Source of the DNA: a virus
Taxonomy: Duplodnaviria; Caudoviricetes
Length of the DNA: 53,482 nucleotides
Reading direction: 5' to 3' (one strand)
Virus record (IMG/VR): IMGVR_UViG_3300022918_000002
Span: 1-53,482 of that record
Shown: piece after piece, positions 1 through 9,084 of the stretch
Position numbering within the stretch: position 1 is the stretch's first letter
Layout: each line of letters starts with the position of its first letter
Program-made: the position numbers and the translations under genes
The notes under the pieces: model-generated
Told to the model about the DNA's origin: nothing
What the model saw: only the letters and a program-made list of their open reading frames with translations
The model's database searches: none

Positions 1-127
1 TGTAATACTGTTTTTTAATGAAATTGCTCATAATATTTATTCTTTTGCTGTTACTAATACATCAACCGTTGCTCCCTGCACCGGTACGACCGCACCAAGT
101 AAAACCTCAACGCCCAACAAAGTTACA
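1..127. repeat. Terminal direct repeat, identical to 53356..53482 (circular assembly overlap)
   Basis: The first 127 nt match the last 127 nt, and gene order continues across the junction. Confidence 0.97.
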
Positions 128-423
128 ACATTACGTTGATATACGTTTATGGTATATCCAGATGCAGTAACGCTTGTAACACGTATTGATTGATTAGCGT
201 TAGCCTGGTTAGTTATAGATGCCTGTACATTTGGTGCAACCGTATAAGGGTTTTGGAATGTAAAGGCATATGTTCCTGTAGCATCAGTAACCCCGCTTCT
301 TGTTATCGGAATCCCCACAACAGGATTACTGGCGGCAAACATAATTGATAACATTACGCCTAAGCCTAATAAAGCTGATAGCAACATGATTTTGTTTCCT
401 GTACCTTTTAAAGTTTCTTTCAT
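37..423 (-). CDS. Small tail-fibre-associated/lectin-like protein with N-terminal hydrophobic segment
   Basis: ORF track gives 37..537; ATG at 423 (MKETLK...) avoids overlap with the upstream gene. Hydrophobic IMLLSALLGLGVMLSIMFA, then beta-rich FTFQNPYTVAPNVQASI as seen in tail-fibre C-terminal modules. Confidence 0.5.
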   Translation of the reverse strand: MKETLKGTGNKIMLLSALLGLGVMLSIMFAASNPVVGIPITRSGVTDATGTYAFTFQNPYTVAPNVQASITNQANANQSIRVTSVTASGYTINVYQRNVVTLLGVEVLLGAVVPVQGATVDVLVTAKE

Positions 424-442
424 TTTGTTTATAGTGTTTAAA

Positions 443-3400
443 TTAAAATAATCCGATAATATCGTATGATGCCCCATTCCAAATAACCCGCATACCTGAA
501 CCCTGTGTTGAGAATGTTTTGTTAACCACTCCATCAAAAGTGCCGATAGCTGTCAATATACCTGCTCCTTTATTTTTTATAACAAATTCCATGTTAGTAG
601 TTAACCCTGTAGGAAACGTAAAATTTGCCGTTCCACTCGTAAGCCCAACATAATAATCAGAAGTTGTTAACGTAGTTGATGCTGTAACGAATCTTTCGCT
701 TTTATTAAATACAGCCGTTTGGACTTGCCCCACATTTGCTGCATGCTCCGGCTGTGTACCCGCGGGTATTTCTATTTGACCAGTATCTAAAACACCTGCT
801 TTTAAAGTTGTTGTGCCCCCCGATAATGTTTTCCATGTTGTTAAATAATGTTTACCCGTACCTGTACCTACATTTTCAAATATAACACTTAAAGATTCAG
901 AACCACCTGTGCCCGTTGCTGTTGATTTATATCTAAAAGTGTGTGCTGCAAAGAATCCATTGCTATTTATACCATTTAAATTTGCCCCGTAAACCATAGG
1001 TGTCGTTGCGCTTGGAGCGGACATTCCAGGAAAAAAAGGAGCGGATAAACCTAAAAAAGAACCCGTAACGTTAATTAAAGAGTTAGCACCGTTAAACATA
1101 ATCCTGCCACCGCTACTACCTATCGTAAAGTTTGGGGCTACAGGACTACCTAACGACCCTGCTAATAAACTAAAATCATTGCCACTTCGCGTTACATTAA
1201 GCCTTGCATAATTTGCGGCATCAATAAAGTTAGAGTAATATAGAAAAGGGTTAGTAACTACAGGGTCGAATTGTAATGTACCTGTCATAGTATCTCCTGT
1301 CTTACTAACCTTTCCTGATATTGCAGGGCTCATTTCTCCTATACCTTTAACAACAGCCTGTATAAGCTGCCTGTCTACCAAATTATAGGCTGCCATAGCA
1401 GTAGCGTCGGCATTAAATATATATGTGTATCCCTGTCCTGTAGGATGTAAACCATCTGCCATTACGTTACCCGATAGATTTGGGTCATAATATTTATTAA
1501 CATCAACATACTGAATTTGAAACCCGTCTTTTGCTAATGTTGTACACAAATCAAATAAGGCACTATTTTGAGCATCAACCATTGCATCATTTAAGCCTGC
1601 AATGTTCCCGGGATAAGTTGTATAGCCTGTAGAGTTCATGTGCGCTGCTGAATTAACATAAATAGCTAACCCTCTATTGCCGTAAGGTATTTTAAGCTTT
1701 CCATTACCCAACCCACCAATAAGCCTTAATGCAGTACCGCCTGTTTTTGTTATTGTAACCGTATGTAAACCTCTTGTAAGACCTCCAAATCTATGTGTAA
1801 ATGGATAATAATTTGTATCTGATGTTCCTGTAGGTGTAGGATAGCCAACTAAAGCTGTAGAATTTGCAACAAAAGAACCCTGACTTACACCGTCAATAGT
1901 TATAGTGTAATTTGTTGTTCCTGAAACTTCATATGCAACAGTAACAAATATTACATCTCCTGTTGTTGTAAAATTCGCAGGGCTATTATTAACATTTGTC
2001 TGACTTCCTGTTGTAGTATCAAAAAATACGTTTGATGTAGTCCAATCAGCAGGTGTTGTTTTAGTCCATGCCTGGCCTTTCACAGCTTCGCTGCTATTAA
2101 ATGATGTAAGCAACCCTGTCATCATATTTATGTAAGCGGGTATTCCCGCTGTGCCGTATTGCCTAACATCATTTATTCCTAAAGCTACAATTCCTACCTC
2201 CGCATTCAAAGGGCTATATAATCCTTTATACTTTGTTGCTACAGTTGCACCGTTTGTGCCGCTATTCGTTATAGCCCACCCCCTAAAATTTCCAACCTTG
2301 TTTAAATAACCGTCATTAGCAGTAAGATTAAAATTGTTAGTAAAACTATCTCCTATAGCGTTCAGGCTTGAGACTAAACGTGTATCTAATCCAAGAGGTA
2401 TGTTTTTTACACCATCCGAAACAAAATATCCCTTATTCCACACTAAAGCATTTGCAGCATTTGGAACTGTAGAAAAAGTAGTGTTATATCCTATTTTGCC
2501 TGATGCTATTGTCGGTAATACAGCTGCTGTAGAAACATATTTGTTTGTAGTTGTTTCGGGTACGTTATCCGTATTAAATACATTAGGATAAGAGGCTAAT
2601 TTTGCTTTTTCATCAGGTAAAAATAAACCTGAATCTGTAGTATTAGCGGGTGGTATAATAGCACCTGTACCTGTACTACTGTTAACCGTCCCGCCTGTAG
2701 GGGATGCTGTGTAAGTTAGGTTTGTAGGTACTGTTATTCCACCGCCTGTAATATCACTAAGCAAAGCTAAAGTTCCTGTTTTAGCCTGTAACTTAGCTAC
2801 AAAATCGCCTGCGCCTGTGTAATCTGTTCTTTCAGGATATTTTAAAGTCGTTGTGTGATTGTAGACGCCACCATCAGCATCGTTTTTTACACTACCCTTT
2901 AATTCTGTAGATAATTCATCTTGACTCGCTAAAAACTTACCGTAATCATTAACTCCATTAAGTCCTATTTCAGCAACATCATTATCTACATAAGAGTAAA
3001 CCTCTGTTGAGTTTGAGCCGTGTATAGCGGATCTTACTTGTGGATTTCCATCTCCTGTATTTAAAATTCTTGTGCCAAAACTTTCAGCATTGGCTCCATC
3101 GGCTCCTGAAAATATTTGAGTTGGGTTAACTACGTTAATAAAAGTACCTACACCGGATGTTAATATTTGTGAGTTTGGGCTTATACTTCCTGAATATCCA
3201 TTTGCTGCATCTGAAAATTCAACAGTACCTGTTACAGAATTACCCTCTGTAGTTCCTGATAAAGGTATAAACTGACCGCTTAATGCAAGTGTAGGGTCAA
3301 TATTTCCATTTACATCAGCTTCAACACCTAATACAGTTAAAGGCGACCATTTACCGTTAACCTGAAACGTTGGGTCTGTAGATGTTAAATTAAAATTATC

Positions 3401-4354
3401 GTTGAAAGCAAAAAAAGCTTGTGTTCCTTCGTTGCCACCTTTAAATATAGCAGCTCTTTCATTATCAAAAATAATGTCGTTATTGTTACCCGTGTGATTA
3501 CTATTAGTTAAAACACTTTCTAATCCCTGTTCAGGCGTAACACCGCTATTTGTAGCTGCTGCAAAATCCCCTGATACTAATTGAGTACCTGAACCGCCAT
3601 AAACCCCGTTAGAACCTATGAATTGAACTAAGTATAAAACACCATCCTGTGTATAGCTAAAATAATATACCAATTCAGGGTTAGATAAATCACGACTTAC
3701 AGAATTTGCCGCTGTAACATAATCGCCTGTAGGTAATGACCCTAAAGATATGGTTTGCGTATTAGGGTCGTTACTTACATCTTGTACGGTTGTGGGTGTA
3801 CTACTTAAAAGCTTAAACATTGAAGCCGTTGTAGCTGTACCTGAACCACCAAAACCACTATTACCCCATGTGCCAGTACCTCCTATAAAAGCATATACTA
3901 ATCGCCTGCCATTGCCATTAATTAAGTTCTCTGTAACCTGAATGTAAACAGGCTTTGTAGTTTCAGTAACAGTAAACGAACCTGATGGAGTACGAGAATT
4001 GTTATTTATAAAGGTTTGTATATTGCCTACAGTAGTATTAAACTGCGCGGTATAGTTTATAAATAAACCTGTGTGGTTATCGCTCCCATCGCTTAACGTA
4101 TTCCAAGATGTTCCGTTGTTATACTCAACTCTGTTATTAGTAGAGTTATATTGTATACGCCCTTTTAAAGGTAGGTTAGGGTATAGCGTATTTGTTTTCC
4201 TAACAGGTAAGATTAATAAGCTGTCTGACTGTATACCCGCTTTAAACCTTGTTCCTTGCGATGCTGTACCGCTTGGGGCTAATGTGCCATTAACTTGCGA
4301 TGTTGCAGTAAACGATACAATAACCATTAAAAATAATAAAAGTCTTTTTTTCAT
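443..4354 (-). CDS. Large tail-fibre/spike-like protein with SGNH/GDSL hydrolase domain and N-terminal signal peptide
   Basis: 1303 aa, G/T/S/N-rich. SGNH blocks AIGDSFT, NSGTNGAT, LGINDV, DGLHPT; fibre-type segment VSKTGDTMTGTL; last large gene of the tail operon; begins MKKRLLLFLMVIVSFTATSQ. Confidence 0.75.
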   Translation of the reverse strand: MKKRLLLFLMVIVSFTATSQVNGTLAPSGTASQGTRFKAGIQSDSLLILPVRKTNTLYPNLPLKGRIQYNSTNNRVEYNNGTSWNTLSDGSDNHTGLFINYTAQFNTTVGNIQTFINNNSRTPSGSFTVTETTKPVYIQVTENLINGNGRRLVYAFIGGTGTWGNSGFGGSGTATTASMFKLLSSTPTTVQDVSNDPNTQTISLGSLPTGDYVTAANSVSRDLSNPELVYYFSYTQDGVLYLVQFIGSNGVYGGSGTQLVSGDFAAATNSGVTPEQGLESVLTNSNHTGNNNDIIFDNERAAIFKGGNEGTQAFFAFNDNFNLTSTDPTFQVNGKWSPLTVLGVEADVNGNIDPTLALSGQFIPLSGTTEGNSVTGTVEFSDAANGYSGSISPNSQILTSGVGTFINVVNPTQIFSGADGANAESFGTRILNTGDGNPQVRSAIHGSNSTEVYSYVDNDVAEIGLNGVNDYGKFLASQDELSTELKGSVKNDADGGVYNHTTTLKYPERTDYTGAGDFVAKLQAKTGTLALLSDITGGGITVPTNLTYTASPTGGTVNSSTGTGAIIPPANTTDSGLFLPDEKAKLASYPNVFNTDNVPETTTNKYVSTAAVLPTIASGKIGYNTTFSTVPNAANALVWNKGYFVSDGVKNIPLGLDTRLVSSLNAIGDSFTNNFNLTANDGYLNKVGNFRGWAITNSGTNGATVATKYKGLYSPLNAEVGIVALGINDVRQYGTAGIPAYINMMTGLLTSFNSSEAVKGQAWTKTTPADWTTSNVFFDTTTGSQTNVNNSPANFTTTGDVIFVTVAYEVSGTTNYTITIDGVSQGSFVANSTALVGYPTPTGTSDTNYYPFTHRFGGLTRGLHTVTITKTGGTALRLIGGLGNGKLKIPYGNRGLAIYVNSAAHMNSTGYTTYPGNIAGLNDAMVDAQNSALFDLCTTLAKDGFQIQYVDVNKYYDPNLSGNVMADGLHPTGQGYTYIFNADATAMAAYNLVDRQLIQAVVKGIGEMSPAISGKVSKTGDTMTGTLQFDPVVTNPFLYYSNFIDAANYARLNVTRSGNDFSLLAGSLGSPVAPNFTIGSSGGRIMFNGANSLINVTGSFLGLSAPFFPGMSAPSATTPMVYGANLNGINSNGFFAAHTFRYKSTATGTGGSESLSVIFENVGTGTGKHYLTTWKTLSGGTTTLKAGVLDTGQIEIPAGTQPEHAANVGQVQTAVFNKSERFVTASTTLTTSDYYVGLTSGTANFTFPTGLTTNMEFVIKNKGAGILTAIGTFDGVVNKTFSTQGSGMRVIWNGASYDIIGLF

Positions 4355-4364
4355 ATAGATAAAT

Positions 4365-4772
4365 TTAAATTTTAGTAAAGAATATTACATTGGAACTACT
4401 GCCATAGTCATAACCCGATATAGTTCCTGTTTCACTATCAAAGGCAAAGTTAGGCAATTCCGAAAAGTCATTAAAAATCTGATTAGCTGTTATAATTGCA
4501 TCAATTGAAACTGCATCAATTAAATTATCGTTTTGTATTACACCATCTTCCGCCGGTAAAACAATATGCCCACTTCCTGAACTCGAACCCCCACCGCTTT
4601 CTACCAACAGATGCTTTTCTGTTCTTTGTGTAGTGGGATTCCATACGGCTACATATTTACTACCCGATACGAACAAAGGTAATTCATCTATACGCTTGCT
4701 GTTTGAACGTATTTGATTTAAATATGTGTTTATCCTGTTTAAACTCTGTAATATGATTGTATATTGGCTCAT
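4365..4772 (-). CDS. Tail-associated hypothetical protein (possible fibre adaptor)
   Basis: 135 aa ORF in the tail operon with a GGGSSSGSG linker. Confidence 0.5.
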   Translation of the reverse strand: MSQYTIILQSLNRINTYLNQIRSNSKRIDELPLFVSGSKYVAVWNPTTQRTEKHLLVESGGGSSSGSGHIVLPAEDGVIQNDNLIDAVSIDAIITANQIFNDFSELPNFAFDSETGTISGYDYGSSSNVIFFTKI

Positions 4773-4783
4773 CTTAATTTATT

Positions 4784-6799
4784 TTATTGATATTCTATAA
4801 ATGAACCATCGCCAATATCTATTAGTCCTGGTACTTCAATGTTTGTGCTATCTGTAATATCGTTTATACTTCCTGAATTTGATGAGAATACACCGCCTGT
4901 CTTAACAAGGTTTGCGCTCACAACATATAAATTTGTTTCGCCCATTGCTACATCGAATTCAGCGGGAGAATTGCTCACATAATAAACACCATCCATTTGT
5001 AGTGTCTTGTGGCTTAATGCCTGTACCAACTTTCTCATTATTTCTTTTGTAACAGGCAGGAAAGTAAATTTATCCATTTCGTAAACATCAGAATTAAGTA
5101 GAACTACAGATGTATCAGTATTGTATGTTTCAATATCTTGGTTAGATACAGCCGACACTCTATCGATAGGCAATCGTATTAAGTTAGTTATCCCTGTGCT
5201 GTAAAATATATCTGTATTATCAGGGTTTGAGTATCTTATCTCAACAGTTCCTAATTGCCTAACCTGTACATTTATTAATTCACTTATGTGAGTTAAGTTA
5301 CCAAATGTAGTATCATTATTGTTTATTCTAACCCTTATGTTTTGGTTTTGGTAATCTACAAGGTCAATTGTAAATTCGTAAACCTCATAATTAAATAGAT
5401 CGTAAACAGCACCGGCAATAACGTTCATTGGTGCGCCTATATACGGTGCATCTATTACTATAACATCAGCCTGTAAAGTATCATCATAAATAATATCGTC
5501 AATTAAGTACCATGCGCCATCTATTTGAAAGTAATTTCCAAATGATGCCCATTGAGGCAAAGTTCCATTAAGCGCATAAGGCTCAATTATAGACCCTGTG
5601 TTGTAATCATAAATGTTTCCTGACTGAAAGTATATACCTGTTTTATTGTTTCCTAAATTAACCTTAATTGCATCCCTACTATCAGTTACCCCGATATTAT
5701 TGGATTTTAAGAATACAGGTATTTGTATTTCTGTGCCATTCGATAAGATTACATAAGCAAGGTTTTCATTGTAATTTGACTTAAATTGAGTTGTAATTAT
5801 ATCAGCGGTCTGAAATTGCTGTATCTCTTTATAAGGCAATCTAACATTTACTTCACAACTTAGTGTATTTTCATCGTTACGGTAATTACCTGCATCACTG
5901 AAACTTATTCTATTAGCAAACCTAAAGCTATTGCTTTTAGATATGTAAAAGTAAGGCAGCCGTGTACTTTGTATTTCATCAACAGTAAATGCCAATGTTT
6001 TTATACATCCAAATTGGTCTTTTATATAAAGAGTATAATCGCCTGGCGAAATGCCAACAAAAGTATTCTCAAATTGATAATTTATTCCATCTAAACTAAA
6101 CTGTAATTGTAATCCAAATGGTTCTTGATAATTTACTATCAAAGTTGCTCCATTCGGGCTGTTATTAACCTGCACATTGAAATTGGCAGGGTTTAATAAG
6201 TCAGGTGTTCTATAATTTTGACCTATTATTGTATTTGGATCGCCTCCTGAAACAGATAATACTCCCGATGTGCCACGAGCTAAGCTAATATTAAATGTAT
6301 TTGAAGTTAACCCTGTTACTTGAACAGGTAAAATAATAGCAGACATATTCTGATTTGTAACAACGGCCATAAGAACCATGCCACACCTATTGCTGTTTAC
6401 AGGATTATAATTAACGCTTGTAAATGCAAAAGGAGGCTGTATAATTATTTCATTAAATTGCACATCGTAATCAGTTAAAACAGGATTTCCCTCTAACTTT
6501 AAACATTGCACTCCTGTAAATTCAATGAAATCATAGAATGTTGTTATTGTAACCGAGTTATCATTAAATGTTACGCTATACCCATCAGGATATGGCAAAT
6601 CTAACTGAAATGCGGATGCATAATTGCGCGCTGTATTTTGTCCTGTACTTATGGAATTGGCGGCGGTAAATTCGTTCCTACCTGTCCTTACTGTCCTTGC
6701 TAAGTGCAAAAACACACCATTATCTCCTATAAACACACGAATAGAGCCGTTTACAGGCACATCTTCATTGAATGTTATTATTACTTGATTTATTGCCAT
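4784..6799 (-). CDS. Minor tail/baseplate protein with Ig-like segment
   Basis: 671 aa, beta-rich; FSLDGINYQ...PGDYTLYIKDQFGC resembles SprB/Ig-like repeats; two genes downstream of the tape measure. Confidence 0.6.
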   Translation of the reverse strand: MAINQVIITFNEDVPVNGSIRVFIGDNGVFLHLARTVRTGRNEFTAANSISTGQNTARNYASAFQLDLPYPDGYSVTFNDNSVTITTFYDFIEFTGVQCLKLEGNPVLTDYDVQFNEIIIQPPFAFTSVNYNPVNSNRCGMVLMAVVTNQNMSAIILPVQVTGLTSNTFNISLARGTSGVLSVSGGDPNTIIGQNYRTPDLLNPANFNVQVNNSPNGATLIVNYQEPFGLQLQFSLDGINYQFENTFVGISPGDYTLYIKDQFGCIKTLAFTVDEIQSTRLPYFYISKSNSFRFANRISFSDAGNYRNDENTLSCEVNVRLPYKEIQQFQTADIITTQFKSNYNENLAYVILSNGTEIQIPVFLKSNNIGVTDSRDAIKVNLGNNKTGIYFQSGNIYDYNTGSIIEPYALNGTLPQWASFGNYFQIDGAWYLIDDIIYDDTLQADVIVIDAPYIGAPMNVIAGAVYDLFNYEVYEFTIDLVDYQNQNIRVRINNNDTTFGNLTHISELINVQVRQLGTVEIRYSNPDNTDIFYSTGITNLIRLPIDRVSAVSNQDIETYNTDTSVVLLNSDVYEMDKFTFLPVTKEIMRKLVQALSHKTLQMDGVYYVSNSPAEFDVAMGETNLYVVSANLVKTGGVFSSNSGSINDITDSTNIEVPGLIDIGDGSFIEYQ

Positions 6800-6804
6800 T
6801 TTTT

Positions 6805-9084
6805 TTATCTATTTGCTATTAGCAATTTAAACTTACCCTCGTTAGGCTTTAGATTTAAAAAATACCCTTTTTTTATATCGTTGTTTTCATCTATAAATTC
6901 AACCAGCCCATATATATTCGGCTTTCTTTTATTATTTACTATTGTATATCCCTCAATTTGTCTCATTATTTCAGGTGTTATAGCATGCGTAAAGTCTATT
7001 GTTTCAGGTAAATACCTTGGTCGTTCTAATTGGCTGTTCTGGATATTACCATTTTCTGCCCTTTCTGTTCCTCCAATTAACTTTGTAACTAATTCGCTAT
7101 TTGCTACACTGCTTGCATATCTTACAAATTCATTTGAATATTTTTTTAATCCTGATGCTATTTCCCAACCATGCCTTAATAACATGTTAAAAGGTGATAG
7201 CCTTAAGTTGGTTGCTGTTTCAGGACTATAAACCCCCGTAGGGGGTTGCTCAAAATCATCTTGCCATTTCCTTTCTTCAAATATATATTGAGGCTCTGTA
7301 TTACTTCCGTTATCAAAAGTACTCCTTTTAAGGTCTTGCACAAATATGTCATTGTCATAACCTGTATCTTGTGTTGGAAACAATGAATACGGTTTACGCC
7401 TTGCAAACTCTTTACCGTAACTATCAGCACGGTAATCTGAAATCTCGCTAAACGTGTTTTTAAGCCTTTTGATGAATGTTGTAAATGTTGAGCGTGTATT
7501 GTATTCGTCAAGCCCCATAGCCTCGCTGTAATCGCCTCCTTTTGCATAACCTATATCTATTCCGCTATAATAGTAATTAGGCGCAACACTTCGTTTAACA
7601 TCACTTACCTGATTAGGCAGTCTTATCCTAACATTATTATCATAAAAATACCTTTTGTCCTCAACTACTATTGTCTCACTGTAGCCATTCTGCTCTATTC
7701 CTAAGCCTATATTCCATATAGCTTCATTACTTGAAATAAACTCTTTCCATGATGTAGTTAATGGCTTGAAAGAATTTATATTGTTAGGTGTTGATAAAGG
7801 CAATTCATCAAATTTTCTTACCCAAAATCCATGACTATAACCATTTAATGAGGCTTTACCATCTTCCTCATATCCTATATCAGTTCTGCCAAATATAGTT
7901 GATTTAAACACCCTGTTTTTACCAGTCATTATATGAATTAACCTGTTTGCTAATTCATAGGCTAATATAAACTTAGATTGGGATGGTTCAAAAAAACTAT
8001 CTTCTACAATATTCATACGCGCATCAATACCGAATGCGTTAATTCTTAGATTGCCATCACTTAACGTGCCACCAAGCTTTGCATGTACAAAAAACTGTAA
8101 CGATAGACTTTGACCTTGTAATAATTCAAATTCATTTTCGTAATCTATATTCCAAAATCCCGGGGGTGTTCCATATACAGCACCTCCTAATGATGATATC
8201 CCGCCCATAGATGTAGTATCAAATAGATTATATCGTTCCGCTACGTTATAATCCGTACCATTGCTATACTTAGTTATGTACAATATGTAGTATTCGTTTT
8301 CAGAATCATCTTTTTGGGTAACGTTAGTTAAGAAAGACATATCTAATTTTAACTTAAAACGTCTATCCCTATCACTATTCGCAAAGAACATAATACCGGT
8401 TGTACCTTGATTTGGGCCAGTAACTGTTTGGTCACTTATAGATTGTGCATTTTCATGGCTTTCAACCACTAACTTTATTGGAACTCCCACAACTTGCTCT
8501 CTGTCTGTGCCTCCTGGACTTGACCCCGCTGCTACATAAACCTCTGCTGATACTGTATTACCAAATCTTCCTGATTCTGTCTGCCACCTTGAATCTAAAA
8601 GTATATTCCTGCCATTTAACTGAACCGTGTCAATTCTTAATGGATCAATTGATGCTCCATCCATAGTAGTTAATCTCGTAACCTCTACCTTTTCACTTTC
8701 CCTGGCTTTTAATATACTTTCAAATCCAGCGTTATTAAATTTAACTGAAACTACCTTTTTATCAATTTCATAAGTAGTTAAATCCAAGTTACCAAAATAA
8801 GCCAATTCCATAATATCAGTTTGGGGATTGGCTGTCTGCCTTGTTAATCTTATATCAGCCTCTATACCTTGTACATCATAAATAAGTTTAATGTAATCCG
8901 CACCATCATCATGAAACTTTAATGCATTAGAAAATTTAGGAAATATACCGTGGTATTGTTCATGCCTTGTCAACTCCTTTTCATCAGTTTGCCAACCTTC
9001 CGGTTCTTGTACAACAATAGACCCCATTATTTCATTATAAAGGGTATATCGTACTCTATCTTTAAAAGCAGGGTTAGCACTCAT
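6805..9084 (-). CDS. Minor tail/baseplate hub-type protein
   Basis: 759 aa directly after the tape measure gene; positional inference. Confidence 0.6.
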   Translation of the reverse strand: MSANPAFKDRVRYTLYNEIMGSIVVQEPEGWQTDEKELTRHEQYHGIFPKFSNALKFHDDGADYIKLIYDVQGIEADIRLTRQTANPQTDIMELAYFGNLDLTTYEIDKKVVSVKFNNAGFESILKARESEKVEVTRLTTMDGASIDPLRIDTVQLNGRNILLDSRWQTESGRFGNTVSAEVYVAAGSSPGGTDREQVVGVPIKLVVESHENAQSISDQTVTGPNQGTTGIMFFANSDRDRRFKLKLDMSFLTNVTQKDDSENEYYILYITKYSNGTDYNVAERYNLFDTTSMGGISSLGGAVYGTPPGFWNIDYENEFELLQGQSLSLQFFVHAKLGGTLSDGNLRINAFGIDARMNIVEDSFFEPSQSKFILAYELANRLIHIMTGKNRVFKSTIFGRTDIGYEEDGKASLNGYSHGFWVRKFDELPLSTPNNINSFKPLTTSWKEFISSNEAIWNIGLGIEQNGYSETIVVEDKRYFYDNNVRIRLPNQVSDVKRSVAPNYYYSGIDIGYAKGGDYSEAMGLDEYNTRSTFTTFIKRLKNTFSEISDYRADSYGKEFARRKPYSLFPTQDTGYDNDIFVQDLKRSTFDNGSNTEPQYIFEERKWQDDFEQPPTGVYSPETATNLRLSPFNMLLRHGWEIASGLKKYSNEFVRYASSVANSELVTKLIGGTERAENGNIQNSQLERPRYLPETIDFTHAITPEIMRQIEGYTIVNNKRKPNIYGLVEFIDENNDIKKGYFLNLKPNEGKFKLLIANR

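Noticed and set aside
443-4354. Diversity-generating retroelement or invertible tail-fibre cassette
   Set aside because: No reverse transcriptase, invertase or template/variable repeat pair was seen.
7203-7547. Same-strand nested ORF in the tail gene (also 29257..29466 and 33993..34175)
   Set aside because: Unlike the nested methyltransferase frame, these carry no recognisable motif and are likely chance open frames.
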